Source of the DNA: an uncultured Candidatus Binatia bacterium
Lineage (GTDB): Bacteria > Desulfobacterota > Binatia > UBA9968 > CAXXLF01
Direction: 5' to 3'
Assembly (NCBI GenBank): GCA_965218425.1
Contig: OZ244621.1
Location: 3,584,001 to 3,648,000, forward strand
Length of the DNA stretch: 64,000 nt
Position numbers and translations under genes: made by a program. Numbering within the stretch: the stretch's first letter is position 1; each line of letters begins with the position of its first letter. Shown here in pieces: positions 39,850-51,376 of the stretch. The notes under the pieces were generated by a model. That model was not told the origin of the DNA. It ran no database searches and saw only the letters and a list, made by a program, of their open reading frames with translations.

Positions 39850-42047
39850 GGCAATTTCAGAACTCAGCAGTGGAAACTCCTGATTATGAGCTGACCCCTT
39901 TTTCTCCTCGAGAGTGTTTTAACGCCCTTAAAACCCCTATTCGATTCCTCAAAGGCGTGGGCCCCGCTCGGGCCGCGCTGTTCGAGAGCGTGGGCCTGCA
40001 CACGGTGGAAGATCTGTTGTATCATCTGCCGTTTCGATACGAAGACCGTAGGGAAATCAAAAAGATAAGCCAAGCAACCGTTGGGGCAGAGGATTCTTTT
40101 ATCGGTAAATTGGTGGCCCTCGATAAGAGATATGTCCCCCGGTGGAGAAGGCAGATTCTCACCGGTAAGCTTGCGGACGAAACCGGAAGTCTTCACCTAG
40201 TGTGGTTTTACCCCAAGCCTTATATTACGGAGCGGCTTACCGCTGACGGTGATTTCATGGTGTACGGTAAGGTGGAAGGCGGCAGGGGCTCGGAAAAACG
40301 AATCGCTCATCCCCAGTTTGAACCTATTGAAGACGGACAGGATAAGGACATGGAGCGAATCCTTCCGGTCTATTGGAGGCTGGGAGGGATTCCATTGGGG
40401 ATGATACGAAAACTGGTACCACAGGCCCTGAGCAAGTATCGGGACTATTTACCCAGTTTCTTGCCTTTGGCCGTGGCCCGCCGCCATGACGTAACCAACC
40501 TCAAGGAAGCCCTGACGGAAATACATCAGCCGGGCAAGGATTCCGATATTGAATCCCTGGACCGGTTTAGTTCAAAGGCGCACCGTTCCATTATCTTCGA
40601 TGAGTTTTTTTACCTTCAGGTGGGGTTGGCCCTCCAGCGTAAACACCGAACGGTACTCAAGGGAATCCCATTCTCCACCGTCCATGTGGGGATGACCGCA
40701 CAGATGCGGCGACTCACCCCGTTTCAACTCACCGGAGCACAGCAGCGCGTGTTGGAGGAGATCCATAAGGACATGGAACGTCCCCGTCCCATGCAGCGTT
40801 TGATCCAAGGGGATGTGGGTTCTGGCAAGACCATTGTCGCATGGTATGCAGCGGTGAGGGCCATAGAAAATGGTTTTCAGGCGGCGATGATGGCCCCAAC
40901 GGAGCTGCTGGCTGACCAGCATTTTAACCGTCTCAAGACCTTTGCGGACCAATTGAAGATCCCTTCGGCCCTTTTGATCGGTTCCCTTCCGGCCGCTGAA
41001 AAGAGGGAGATCACCCAGAGAACCGCAAAGGGCGAAATCAAGTTTGTGGTAGGAACCCATGCCCTCATTCAGGAGAGTGTTAGGATTCCAAAAATGGGCC
41101 TCGGTATCATCGATGAGCAGCACAGATTCGGGGTGGTGCAACGGAGCGCAATGAAGCGGCTCTCAAATTGGAGAAATTCCACTGCCTTCTCACTTCCCCA
41201 ACCTGATGTTTTGCTTATGAGTGCTACGCCCATACCAAGGAGTCTCGCCATGGTTCTGTACGGTGATATGGAGGTCTCTTCATTGGACGAGATGCCCCCC
41301 GGACGCACTCCGGTGCAGACAAGGGTTTTTAAAGAAAGCCAGCGCACACAGGTCTACGAGCTGGTCCGGGAGGAGATTCGTAAAGGTCACCAGGCCTACA
41401 TTGTCTACCCGCTGGTGGAAGAGTCAGAACGGCTCCCCCTGAAGGACGCTACGGGAATGGCCAACGAATTTTCCCAGGTGGTCTTCAAGCAGTTTCGAGT
41501 GGGATTGCTCCATGGAAGGATACCTGCTGATGAGAGGGAGCGGATCATGCGCAGGTTTAAGGAGGGTGATCTCCAAATCCTGGTGGCCACCACGGTCATC
41601 GAAGTGGGAATTGACGTGCCCAACGCTACTGTCATGATGGTGGAGCATGCAGAGCGATTTGGTCTATCGCAACTGCATCAGCTTCGGGGGAGAGTGGGTA
41701 GGGGAAAGGACCAGTCTCACTGCTTTCTACTACAATACGGTACCCAGAGCCGTGAGGCACATCGAAGGCTTCATGCAATGGAAGAATTGCAAAACGGGTT
41801 CAAGATCGCCGAGGTGGACCTCCAGCTCCGGGGCCCGGGAGAAATCCTGGGGACCCGTCAATCGGGGCTGCCAGATTTTCGGCTAGCCAGCGTGTCCCGG
41901 GACGCGGAGCTTCTCCTGGAGGCACGCAGGGAGGCGCTGGGGTGGCTTGCCACCGATCCATTCCTCAAAGGGAAAGAGTCCCGGGCAATAAAAGAGGTAT
42001 TAAAACACCGTTGGAGCGGCAGATTAGAGCTTGGAAGTATAGGGTAA
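39846..42047 (+). CDS. recG: ATP-dependent DNA helicase RecG
   Basis: [36 protein letters not shown]. Confidence 0.96.
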   Translation: MRQFQNSAVETPDYELTPFSPRECFNALKTPIRFLKGVGPARAALFESVGLHTVEDLLYHLPFRYEDRREIKKISQATVGAEDSFIGKLVALDKRYVPRWRRQILTGKLADETGSLHLVWFYPKPYITERLTADGDFMVYGKVEGGRGSEKRIAHPQFEPIEDGQDKDMERILPVYWRLGGIPLGMIRKLVPQALSKYRDYLPSFLPLAVARRHDVTNLKEALTEIHQPGKDSDIESLDRFSSKAHRSIIFDEFFYLQVGLALQRKHRTVLKGIPFSTVHVGMTAQMRRLTPFQLTGAQQRVLEEIHKDMERPRPMQRLIQGDVGSGKTIVAWYAAVRAIENGFQAAMMAPTELLADQHFNRLKTFADQLKIPSALLIGSLPAAEKREITQRTAKGEIKFVVGTHALIQESVRIPKMGLGIIDEQHRFGVVQRSAMKRLSNWRNSTAFSLPQPDVLLMSATPIPRSLAMVLYGDMEVSSLDEMPPGRTPVQTRVFKESQRTQVYELVREEIRKGHQAYIVYPLVEESERLPLKDATGMANEFSQVVFKQFRVGLLHGRIPADERERIMRRFKEGDLQILVATTVIEVGIDVPNATVMMVEHAERFGLSQLHQLRGRVGRGKDQSHCFLLQYGTQSREAHRRLHAMEELQNGFKIAEVDLQLRGPGEILGTRQSGLPDFRLASVSRDAELLLEARREALGWLATDPFLKGKESRAIKEVLKHRWSGRLELGSIG

Positions 42048-42206
42048 TTTGCACCGGCTAGGAGGATAGCTTATAAAATAAATAGCTTACAGCAATGGGT
42101 GATTGGTGCCAGTCGACAGCCGGTTAGGATTATCCAGGTGCCTCCCGGATTCCGGAATCTGGAAAAACATGACTCGGGCTAAAACGCGAAGCTTGAATAA
42201 ATTTAC

Positions 42207-42403
42207 AAATTCGAAACTCAAAATCCGAAACTCGAAACAATTTCAAATAGCCAAAATGCAAAACAAAAGCGTCGCTCGGTTGGTTTAGGGGCTCGGTTTT
42301 TCGTGCTTGCGGGAAATGCTAGAGCGTTTGTTGAGCCTTTTGAACATTAATAATTTAAAGTTTTGGCATTGTTTAGGATTTCGTGCTTCGGGTTTAGGAT
42401 TTT
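42207..42403. repeat. Imperfect long inverted repeat built from 7-mer units (MITE-like)
   Basis: Left arm AAATTCGAAACTCAAAATCCGAAACTCGAAACAAT vs reverse complement of right arm AAATCCTAAACCCGAAGCACGAAATCCTAAACAAT. Confidence 0.6.
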
Positions 42404-42492
42404 CCCCTTGGGGGCGTCGTGGCGGGGAAAACCCTGTATAAATCCTGCTGTTCAGCTAATTATCGGTAAGATCCTACGGGAGAGCTAATTGA

Positions 42493-43680
42493 GTGAATTT
42501 CAATCGGATCAACAGACTTCCACCATACGTCTTTAATATCATTAACGATTTGAAGCAGGAGGCGAGGCGCGGGGGGGAAGACATTGTGGACTTCGGCATG
42601 GGAAACCCGGATCAACCCAGTCCTTCCCATGTGGTGGATAAACTCATCGATGCAGCGAGGAAGCCTGCGAACCATCGCTACTCGGCTTCGCGCGGTATCT
42701 ACAAGCTACGCCTTGCCATCGCAGATTGGTACAAGAACCGGTATCAAGTGGATGTCGATGCCGACACCGAGGCCATAGTCACATTGGGATCTAAAGAGGG
42801 ATTGGGTCACCTGGTCCTGGCGATATTGGATCCGGGTGACATAGTTTTTTGTCCCAGCCCCACCTATCCCATCCATCAGTACTCGGTGATCATTGCCGGA
42901 GGTGATCTTCGGAGTATTCCACTTCATTCCAGTGAGAGTTTCTTTGAGCATCTACAGGAAGCCATCAAACAGACCTGGCCTAAACCGAAACTCCTGATCC
43001 TTAACTTTCCCCATAATCCTACAACTGAAGTGGTGGACCTGGATTTCTTCCGTCGAATCGTTGAATTTGCAAAGGAGCATGGACTCCTGGTCATCCACGA
43101 TCTGGCCTATGCGGATATTACCTTTGACGGTTATGAGCCACCGAGTTTTCTTCAAGCGCCGGGAGCTAGAGACATAGGAATTGAATTCTTTTCCCTGTCG
43201 AAAAGTTACAATATGCCGGGATGGAGGGTGGGATTTGCCGTGGGGAATCATGAGTTGGTGAATGCACTAGCTCGCATTAAGAGTTACCTGGATTACGGAA
43301 TGTTCCAACCGGTGCAAATCGCTGCAATCCAGGCCCTAAATGGGCCTCAGGACTGTGTGGAATCCATTCGGCAAACCTATTGCAATCGCCGGGACACCCT
43401 GGTGGAGGGATTGGAACGTGTGGGCTGGAAAATCAATAAGCCAAAGGCAACGATGTTTGTGTGGGCCGAAATCCCCGAACCCTGCAAGAAGATGGGCTCC
43501 GTGGAGTTTTCCAAGTTTTTATTGGAGAAGGCTAAAGTGGCAGTGTCTCCAGGGATTGGCTTTGGGGAGTATGGAGACGACTTCGTCCGTTTCGCTCTCA
43601 TCGAGAACGAGCACCGTACCCGTCAGGCGGTAAGGACCATCCGCAAGGCCCTGGGTGAAGGACCCGGCTCGTTCAAATAA
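42493..43680 (+). CDS. alaC: Class I PLP aminotransferase (AlaC/YfdZ or LL-DAP aminotransferase type)
   Basis: [40 protein letters not shown]. Confidence 0.85.
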   Translation: MNFNRINRLPPYVFNIINDLKQEARRGGEDIVDFGMGNPDQPSPSHVVDKLIDAARKPANHRYSASRGIYKLRLAIADWYKNRYQVDVDADTEAIVTLGSKEGLGHLVLAILDPGDIVFCPSPTYPIHQYSVIIAGGDLRSIPLHSSESFFEHLQEAIKQTWPKPKLLILNFPHNPTTEVVDLDFFRRIVEFAKEHGLLVIHDLAYADITFDGYEPPSFLQAPGARDIGIEFFSLSKSYNMPGWRVGFAVGNHELVNALARIKSYLDYGMFQPVQIAAIQALNGPQDCVESIRQTYCNRRDTLVEGLERVGWKINKPKATMFVWAEIPEPCKKMGSVEFSKFLLEKAKVAVSPGIGFGEYGDDFVRFALIENEHRTRQAVRTIRKALGEGPGSFK

Positions 43681-43684
43681 CACC

Positions 43685-45082
43685 ATGGCAAAATCCAATG
43701 ACATCCGTCGGGTCAGAATAGGATTGCTGGGCTCAGGAACGGTTGGACAGGCTATCCAGGAGCTCGTCTTTGGTGGCGATCTTGCGGGCAAACTGGGAGT
43801 CGAGGTTGAGATTGTGAAAATTTTTACCCGCCACCCCGAGCAGAAAAAATCATATGCGAGCCAACCTTCTCTATTTACCACAAAGCCCCACGAGGTTACG
43901 GATCACCCCGATGTGGAGGTGGTGATCGAAGTCCTGGGCTCACGGCAAAACGAAGACTTGCCGGTTTTTAGGGACCATGTCATTCGGGCGATGGAGAAGG
44001 GCAAAGACGTCATTACGTCAGACAAGGCAATCCTGGCCACCTATGGAAATGAGATATGGGCGTCAGCCGAAAAGTACGGCCGGGAGATTGGATTTGAAGC
44101 CTCCGTGGGCGCAAGCATTCCCATCATCAAGTCGCTCAAGGAAAGCCTTGCCGCGGAAGAACCCGAAGCGATTTATGGGATTGTCAATGGAACTTGCAAC
44201 TATATCCTCACCGAGATGAAAAGCGGAGGGAAGTCCTATGAAGAATCCCTACGCGAGGCCCAGGAGCTGGGGTATGCAGAGACGAACCCGGAAATGGATG
44301 TGGCCGGCATGGACGCAGAGGCGAAACTGATCCTGTTGAGCACCGTTGCCTTTGGCCTGCAACTGGAACCAGGTGTCATTTACCGCAGAGGAATTGACGA
44401 AATCCATGCCATCGACTTTCAGTACGCTTGCGCAAAAAGGGCTAGCACCATAAAATCACTGGCCGTTGCAAGAAGCGAGGACGGGGCCATCCAGGCCTTT
44501 GTCTCCCCGGTGCTTGTACCCAATGAACATTTTTTATCGAACATCGATGGTGTTACCAACGCGATTTTCTTCAAGAGAAAAGGGAGCGAGCAGCACTCCA
44601 GCAGTGGCCACCCCGGATGGAACTATTCGTTCATCGGTCCAGGCGCAGGAGGAGGGCCCACAGCCGTGGCCATATTAGGTGACCTGTGCCATCTTGTGCG
44701 ACAACCCCGGCAGAAAGGGGTCAGTTCGAACCCCTGGAGGAAAAGGAAAGGAATTTCGGTTCAGTCTCAGGATTCCATCAGGGCAGACTTTTACGTCAGG
44801 TTTGTGGTCAAGGATCAGAGTGGAATCGTGGGAGACATCTGCCGGATCTTCGGGGACAAGGGAGTGAACATATCCGAGGTTTGGCAACTGAACCATGGTG
44901 AAAAGGAGTTGGAGGGGTTAACCTGGAAATATCACTTGACAGAAAAATCGGCGAGGATTCTTCCATTTGCGATTACATTGGAACGAACCACCATAGGACA
45001 GATAAAAAAAGCACTGGACATCATTAAAAAGAAGGATTTTATATTGGTTGAGCCCATCTGGCTGCCCATCTGGAGTCATTGA
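43685..45082 (+). CDS. hom: Homoserine dehydrogenase with C-terminal ACT domain
   Basis: GSGTVG, FEASV, GIVNGTCNYIL, AQELGYAE, GPGAGGGPTA. Confidence 0.92.
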   Translation: MAKSNDIRRVRIGLLGSGTVGQAIQELVFGGDLAGKLGVEVEIVKIFTRHPEQKKSYASQPSLFTTKPHEVTDHPDVEVVIEVLGSRQNEDLPVFRDHVIRAMEKGKDVITSDKAILATYGNEIWASAEKYGREIGFEASVGASIPIIKSLKESLAAEEPEAIYGIVNGTCNYILTEMKSGGKSYEESLREAQELGYAETNPEMDVAGMDAEAKLILLSTVAFGLQLEPGVIYRRGIDEIHAIDFQYACAKRASTIKSLAVARSEDGAIQAFVSPVLVPNEHFLSNIDGVTNAIFFKRKGSEQHSSSGHPGWNYSFIGPGAGGGPTAVAILGDLCHLVRQPRQKGVSSNPWRKRKGISVQSQDSIRADFYVRFVVKDQSGIVGDICRIFGDKGVNISEVWQLNHGEKELEGLTWKYHLTEKSARILPFAITLERTTIGQIKKALDIIKKKDFILVEPIWLPIWSH

Positions 45083-45098
45083 AGATATGGCAAACGCT

Positions 45099-46325
45099 AT
45101 GAAGTACGTCATCCTGCAAGGCGATGGCATGGCGGATTTCCCCATCGATAGCTTGGGGGGGAAGACGCCATTGGAAGCCGCAAAGACCCCCAATATGGAT
45201 TGGCTCGCGGCCCACGGGTCCTTTGGCCTTGCCTATACCATTCCAGAGGGCCTTCCCCCGGGAAGCGATGTGGGGAACATGAGCATTCTCGGTTATAGCT
45301 CTAAGACTTACTACACCGGGAGAGCACCCCTGGAAGCGGCTAGCATGGGAGTCAAACTCAACGCAACCGACGTGGCCTTCCGTTGCAATTTGGTCACGCT
45401 AAAGAACCATAAAGATACCCATATCATGGAGGACTTTGCGGCGGGACATATTCCCACGGAGGAGGCCGCCGAGATCATTGGGGATTTGGGACGTCATTTG
45501 GGAGGGGAAGGAGTCGAATTCCATCCCGGAGTGAGTTACCGCCACCTCATGGTATGGCGCAATGGCAAAGAGGAGATGAAAACCACCCCGCCCCACGATA
45601 TCAGTGATAAGGAGACCGCGCCCTATCTTCCTGAAGGTGATGGGGCCCCGTTTCTTCGCGAACTTATGGCGGCCTCGCAGCCGATTCTGGAGAATCACAC
45701 GATCAATTTAAAAAGGGAAGAGAGGGGAGAGAGAAAGGCCACTTCCATCTGGCTATGGGGGCAGGGTAAGGCTCCTCAACTGCCAACCTTGAAGGATCGA
45801 TTCGGTATCAGCGGTGCGGTCATATCGGCGGTGGATCTCGTCAAGGGATTGGGAGTCTATGCCGGGCTCGAGCGGATAGCGGTACCCGGGATCACCGGAT
45901 TCCTTGATACCAATTACCAGGGAAAGGGAGAGTACGGTTTAGAGGCATTAAAAGAGAAAGACTTGATCTTCATCCATGTGGAAGCCCCCGACGAGGCCGG
46001 CCATATGGGAAGCGCCGAAGAAAAGGTCAAGGCCATCGAAGCCTTTGACGAAAAAGTCGTCGGGACTATTGTGCGGGGCTTGGATCGCTGGCCTGATTGG
46101 AGGGTTCTTCTCCTACCAGATCATGCGACCCCCGTTGCCCTAAAAACCCATGTTGCCGGACCCGTTCCTTTTGTTCTATGCTCCTCTGGCGAGAAAGCAG
46201 AGGCCCAACCCTTCGGTTTCAATGAAACCGACGCGAATAAGAGTGGGGTTGTGGTGAAGGATGCCCACACCTTAATAGAAGGGCTCATAGAGGGGAGGAA
46301 GCCATGGATCGAAACCTCGCCCTAG
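45099..46325 (+). CDS. apgM: Cofactor-independent phosphoglycerate mutase, archaeal type (family also proposed as homoserine kinase)
   Basis: GDGMAD, KTPLEAA, PGSD, EAPDEAGH, PDHATP. Confidence 0.9.
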   Translation: MKYVILQGDGMADFPIDSLGGKTPLEAAKTPNMDWLAAHGSFGLAYTIPEGLPPGSDVGNMSILGYSSKTYYTGRAPLEAASMGVKLNATDVAFRCNLVTLKNHKDTHIMEDFAAGHIPTEEAAEIIGDLGRHLGGEGVEFHPGVSYRHLMVWRNGKEEMKTTPPHDISDKETAPYLPEGDGAPFLRELMAASQPILENHTINLKREERGERKATSIWLWGQGKAPQLPTLKDRFGISGAVISAVDLVKGLGVYAGLERIAVPGITGFLDTNYQGKGEYGLEALKEKDLIFIHVEAPDEAGHMGSAEEKVKAIEAFDEKVVGTIVRGLDRWPDWRVLLLPDHATPVALKTHVAGPVPFVLCSSGEKAEAQPFGFNETDANKSGVVVKDAHTLIEGLIEGRKPWIETSP

Positions 46326-47257
46326 AGGTAGTCCGAATCACGGAAGCGGCTGCCCTTGCCTGTGCCCGTCATATGGGGAAGGGAGATGAGAAGTTAGCGG
46401 ACCAGGCGGCGGTGGATGCCATGCGTCGAGCCTTCGACAGTGTCTCCTTCAGCGGTACCGTAGTGATTGGAGAGGGAGAGAGGGATGAAGCTCCCATGCT
46501 TTATATCGGTGAGACGGTGGGGGACAGTCAAGGGTCTGCCGTTGACATCGCCGTAGACCCTCTCGAGGGGACTACCATCTGCGCCAACGGAGGACCCAAC
46601 GCCCTTTCCGTTATAGCCATTGCCGATCAGGGAAAATTTCTACATTGCCCGGACACTTACATGGACAAGATCGCTGTGGGTGCGGAGGGGAAGGGGATCA
46701 TCGATCTCGATTATAGCCCCACAGAGAATCTCAGACTGTTGGCGGAGGCCAAGGGGCGGGGTGTGGAGGATTTGACCGTGGTTATTCTCTATCGTCCACG
46801 TCACGAGGCCTTGATCGAAGAAGTACGAAAAGCAGGTGCACGCATCAAGCTGATTAGCGATGGAGATGTTGCAGGGGCCATTGCCACCACCAAACCCGAG
46901 ACCGGGATTGATATGTTAATGGGAATCGGAGGAGCACCCGAAGGAGTCCTGGCGGCGGCGGCCCTGCGCTGTGTTGGGGGCTACATGCAGGCCCGGTTGA
47001 AGCCACGCGATCCGCAGGAAATCGAGCGAGCCAAGGCAATGGGTATCCAGGACATCGAAAAAAAGTATTTCATACAAGAGCTGGCGGACGGTGAAGTCAT
47101 GTTTGCCGCTACGGGCGTAACGGACGGAGAGTATCTCAAAGGGGTTCGATTTTTCGCCGGTGGAGCTACCACCCAGTCGCTAGTCATGAGATCAAAAACG
47201 CGGACCAGTCGCGTTGTTAACGCAACCCATAATTTCGAATTCAAGCCGGGTTATTAA
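46304..47257 (+). CDS. glpX: Class II fructose-1,6-bisphosphatase
   Basis: GEGERDEAPML, DIAVDPLEGT, DGDV, GGAPEGV, ATGVTDG. Confidence 0.96.
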   Translation: MDRNLALEVVRITEAAALACARHMGKGDEKLADQAAVDAMRRAFDSVSFSGTVVIGEGERDEAPMLYIGETVGDSQGSAVDIAVDPLEGTTICANGGPNALSVIAIADQGKFLHCPDTYMDKIAVGAEGKGIIDLDYSPTENLRLLAEAKGRGVEDLTVVILYRPRHEALIEEVRKAGARIKLISDGDVAGAIATTKPETGIDMLMGIGGAPEGVLAAAALRCVGGYMQARLKPRDPQEIERAKAMGIQDIEKKYFIQELADGEVMFAATGVTDGEYLKGVRFFAGGATTQSLVMRSKTRTSRVVNATHNFEFKPGY

Positions 47258-47272
47258 ATCTAGAGATGCTCT

Positions 47273-47509
47273 GTGGCTGCCAGCAAGACGAGAAAGAAAA
47301 GAGCCAAACCCAACAAGTTGCCTGTTGCACTTATCTTCGTGTCAGGAATCCTGCTCGCTGTACTCGCGTGGTTCTTTTGGAGCGAGCTCGAAAAATTATC
47401 CGAGCCGGTACAAAGAAAGATCGCGGCAAAGCGCACCCGGGAGAGCCCGCCGGAAGAGATTTCGGAGCAGGAACGAAAGGATCTCGACCGGCTTCTCAAG
47501 CGTCCCTGA
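47273..47509 (+). CDS. Small single-TM hypothetical membrane protein
   Basis: Basic N-terminus, one hydrophobic helix, charged tail; follows glpX in same orientation. Confidence 0.6.
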   Translation: MAASKTRKKRAKPNKLPVALIFVSGILLAVLAWFFWSELEKLSEPVQRKIAAKRTRESPPEEISEQERKDLDRLLKRP

Positions 47510-47624
47510 AGGCCACTATTTTCTTTCCGCCACACACGGTTCAGTGAGACTCCATCGACCCTGACCCTTCTGTGACCGAGCCTTTGAACATGTTACGGAG
47601 AGATTGCTGAGACAAAAATAACCG

Positions 47625-48726
47625 TCAGTCGTCCAATTCCTGTGGCGATTCAATTCTGAATGCGGCTGCGACTTTGGGATCTTTCCATCCTTTGAGCTCC
47701 AGGAGCGGAAGCAGGCTGGTGTAGTCATCCGTCCAGGGCCGTACGTGGTGATATGGCGCTGGTTTCTTCGTGGCAGCCCCCGCGATGAGCGGTATGTTTA
47801 GGAACTTCTCATTCCTTGTGAGAATCATCGAGCTACTCCCCCAATCCATATCCGTTTCCGGTTGGGAGTCGACCCGGATGGACTTCAAACCCAGATGACT
47901 TGCCAGACGTCTAATGACCGGCTCAAAATTTGGATGATAGGTATCGATCAAGGTAGCGATCACCCCATCGGCTTGAGATGCCGGAGATAGGTCTCGAAGG
48001 CTTCCACGGTTAACAGGTGTACCGGTATCGCGTCTCCAGTGAAGGCGTCGAGCAGTAAAATATCGAACTCCTGGGACGGGTCCCGTTCCATTGCCAAACG
48101 CCCATCCCCCATAATAATTTCAATCTTGGCGCGGGTATCCCTCAGGCAGGTAAAGTAGAATTCCGCCAAGCGCCGAATCTCCGGGTTGATCTCGTAGATC
48201 CTCATGGTGTCCTGCTCACGAGCGTACAGGGCTAGGGTCCCTGCGCCGAGGCCCACAAGACCGATCCGCCGTTGTTCCCGCCGGGGGAAATGCTTCAGGA
48301 CCAGTCCGGCGCCGCTGCCCGGTGAGTAATAGCCCGCGCCTCTCCGGGGCGGTAAACTGCGCTCCGTGGAGAATGCGGCCGTGGAGGAGATGCCGTTGCT
48401 CATCTGGCGAGCCGCGAAAGAGCTGCCGCACGCCGAGAACGCCGTAAAAGTTCCGTGTCCGGGCAAGGGCGGCTAGCAGAAGCGCGCCGTGCAGGACGGC
48501 CTGGTGGCGGGAGCTCAGCCGGCGGATGCTCAGGTGCACGTATGCGTAGCCACCCAACTTGAAAAAACAACGCGCAGGTGGTCCAGACCGTTGGTCCACC
48601 TGCGAACCGGGCCAGAATATACTTTATGATTAGGGGCTGAACCTGCAAGAGCAGGAACGCGGCTGTAAAAATAGTTACGGCGAACGGCAGAATGCCCAAT
48701 AAAGACGAACATGCATTATGGATCAC
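47625..48726 (-). pseudogene. Decayed fused membrane/spermidine-synthase-like methyltransferase gene
   Basis: Consecutive fragments separated by three frameshifts: FLLLQVQP..WTTC, GYAYVH..RNFYGVL..HGRILHG, GLGAGT..YEINP..DAF, PWTDDY; most TM region missing. Confidence 0.8.
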
Positions 48727-49098
48727 GGCGATCCCTCGAACCCGGGGGTGGGTTTATTGAAATTTACAAAAAATTCCTGACCAGTCGGTGAATTCAACTA
48801 GAGGTCGAACCCACTGCCGGCTCCATTGCAAGCCATAGAACCGTCAACAACCAGAGAAGGTGCTGAAGTCTGATGATTAGACTCCAAACGATTCCATATG
48901 ATCGTGTCTTAAATAGACAAAGGGAATGGTATGAGCAAAATTGGGTTGATCTTGAAGTAGAATGTTAACTAGCTTGAATGGGCAAAACGGATAGCCAAAT
49001 TGAACTATGCGAGAAATGTAGGCGTTTAAGCTGCCATTAGAAAGAGGAACGGTCCGAGTAAGAAACTCAAGCCAATGATTACCTCGCGTAGTGATGAC

Positions 49099-50235
49099 TC
49101 AAGATCCTCTTTTTAATACGTTATAAAGCCTTGCGCAGTTGTCCCAGAACATCTTTCGCCTTGAGCCGTCGCTAAGCCCATCAATCCGGAGAAAGGTGTC
49201 GATTGCCTTTGGCCAGCGCGAGTCCGCATGGGGGTAATCGGTGGAGATCACGATGTTGTCGTCTCCGATCCTCTTTACTACGTCCACCACCAGGTCTTCT
49301 TCCACATCCACGGACACAAAGCACTGCCGCAAGAAGTACTCACTGGGCTTCAGGCTCAAGGGTTCAGTGGCGTAACCATGCCGGAGCTCCCAGCGTTCGT
49401 CCAATCGATAGAGCATCCAGGGCAACCAACCGCAGTTCCCCTCCAGAAATGCCACTTTGAGTTTGGGAAATCGTTCCAGTACGCCACCGGCGCAAAAGCT
49501 CCCCACGGCCAGCATCAATTCGATGGGGTTACGGTAGGCGTTGACAAGAACACCGTCATTGGGATGTCCCCAAAAACGGCGGGCCACCTGTTCGTGGTTG
49601 GGATTGGCTGCGGGGTGGAAGCAGATGGGCACCCCCAGACGCTCGGTTTCACGCCACAGCGGGTCAAAATAATAATCATGGATATGTCTACCGTTGACGG
49701 GTTCCGAGACCAGTGCCAGACCAACGGCCCCTAGGTCATTGACGGCCCGGCGGGCCTCGTCGATTGCCAAATCCACATCGTGCAGCGTGATTAGCGCGGA
49801 GGGTTTCAATCGCTTGGGATCTTCTTTACAGAAATCGGATATCCAGCTATTCCAAGCACGGCACAGGTCCGTGGCATATTCCGGTTCAAAGTCATCATTC
49901 GTATGGATGGGGCCCGTGCGAAACAGTACGGCGATGTCCAAACCTTCCATGTCCATGGCTTTGAGTTGGTAAGCCGCATCGTAGTCACACCGAAGCGCCT
50001 CTTGATACCGGCCCGCAGCGGCATCGATGCCGGGAGAACTTTTGGAACTCGATGGGGATGCGACTCGTGGCGCCGACCCGTCGGCCAGGGTGAATTTAAC
50101 CGCTCCGTGCTTCTTTCTCGGCTCGGCGCGCGGTATACGGTCATCCCATTTTGGATTCATGTATTTTAAATAGAGGTCGTAGGGTTCGAAAACATGCATG
50201 TCGCTGTCGATGATCCTAAAACCGTTTGGGGCCAT
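49099..50235 (-). CDS. Amidohydrolase family 2 protein
   Basis: IIDSDMH, PICFHP, FLEGNCGW, STDYPHAD; AAGGAGG RBS. Confidence 0.9.
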   Translation of the reverse strand: MAPNGFRIIDSDMHVFEPYDLYLKYMNPKWDDRIPRAEPRKKHGAVKFTLADGSAPRVASPSSSKSSPGIDAAAGRYQEALRCDYDAAYQLKAMDMEGLDIAVLFRTGPIHTNDDFEPEYATDLCRAWNSWISDFCKEDPKRLKPSALITLHDVDLAIDEARRAVNDLGAVGLALVSEPVNGRHIHDYYFDPLWRETERLGVPICFHPAANPNHEQVARRFWGHPNDGVLVNAYRNPIELMLAVGSFCAGGVLERFPKLKVAFLEGNCGWLPWMLYRLDERWELRHGYATEPLSLKPSEYFLRQCFVSVDVEEDLVVDVVKRIGDDNIVISTDYPHADSRWPKAIDTFLRIDGLSDGSRRKMFWDNCARLYNVLKRGS

Positions 50236-50573
50236 TGCATCCTCCTTCTTTTCCGGTGCTCCAATCAGCAAAGCCTCGCGGTGGAAAGAGTACTGAGGCG
50301 TGTTGTCGTATACTGACCTGCTATTGGGGCTCATATCGCGCCTGGAAAACCGAGTCAAGTCATGATTACTTGATCTTCTGGAAGGTTCGCGTGGGAGAGG
50401 ATAAAACTGGCTAAAATGTTATGAAAAAGCTATGCTTTGACGGTAAAAAAATGAATCAAGTTGCTGGGTGTAGGCGAGTTGGAGCGGGCTCGGCTTGACG
50501 TCAAAAAACGTCGCTGGTAAGGAAACAGTAGCTGTACACTTTAAAAATAAAGCTACGGAGGAGGAATAAGAAG

Positions 50574-51365
50574 TTGGCCAGACTTAATGAACAAAGCATT
50601 AAACAAGCGGCGCAGGCCCTTTTTTCGGCAGAGAAAGACCGGCGTCCAATTCGTCCCTTTACCGAGCAATTCGAGGGGATCGCGCCTGAAGATGCCTATC
50701 GGATTCAGCTCGCCTTGATGGAGTTGAAAACAGCCAATGGCGCAAAGGTGGTGGGTAAGAAAATCGGCCTTACAAGCAAGGCTATGCAGCAGATGTTAAA
50801 TGTAGACCAGCCGGATTATGGTCATATCCTCGACAGTATGATTGTGTCGGATGGGAGTCTTTTCCCGGCCAATGAACTGATACAACCGAGGATCGAGCCC
50901 GAGATCGCATTCGTGTTAGACCGGGACTTAAAAGGGCCGGGTGTAACGTCGGTGCAGGTCCTCGCGGCCACAGCCTTTGTGCTGCCCGCGCTGGAGATCA
51001 TTGACAGCCGGTTCGAGAGTTGGAAGATCAAATTGAGTGACACCATTGCGGACAATGCATCATCAGCGCGCATCGTCCTCGGGGTGAGCCCGCGGCGAGT
51101 GGATCAGCTCGACCTCAGGCTCGTGGGTATGGTGATGGAGAAAAACGGCGAGGTGGTTCAGACCGGCGCCGGTGCCGCCGCCCTGGGGCATCCGGCCAAT
51201 GCCGTAGCGTGGTTGGCTAATGCTGTGGGAGATTTCGGCGTAACCCTGAATGCCGGCGAGGTCATCATGCCGGGGGCTCTTTGCGGTGCGGCCGATGTGG
51301 CCCCTGGGGACACGATTCGCGCTAGCTTCGACGGTTTGGGTACGGCCTCAGTGCGTTTCATTTAG
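50574..51365 (+). CDS. mhpD: 2-keto-4-pentenoate hydratase
   Basis: [34 protein letters not shown]. Confidence 0.9.
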   Translation: MARLNEQSIKQAAQALFSAEKDRRPIRPFTEQFEGIAPEDAYRIQLALMELKTANGAKVVGKKIGLTSKAMQQMLNVDQPDYGHILDSMIVSDGSLFPANELIQPRIEPEIAFVLDRDLKGPGVTSVQVLAATAFVLPALEIIDSRFESWKIKLSDTIADNASSARIVLGVSPRRVDQLDLRLVGMVMEKNGEVVQTGAGAAALGHPANAVAWLANAVGDFGVTLNAGEVIMPGALCGAADVAPGDTIRASFDGLGTASVRFI

Positions 51366-51376
51366 AGGAGAATTTC

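Noticed and set aside
37186..41141. Long antisense ORFs (196 aa, 189 aa and others) within carB/recG
   Set aside because: Shadow ORFs opposite well-conserved genes
48730..49095. AT-rich spacer as ncRNA or small gene
   Set aside because: No stable structure or open frame recognised; possibly gene debris
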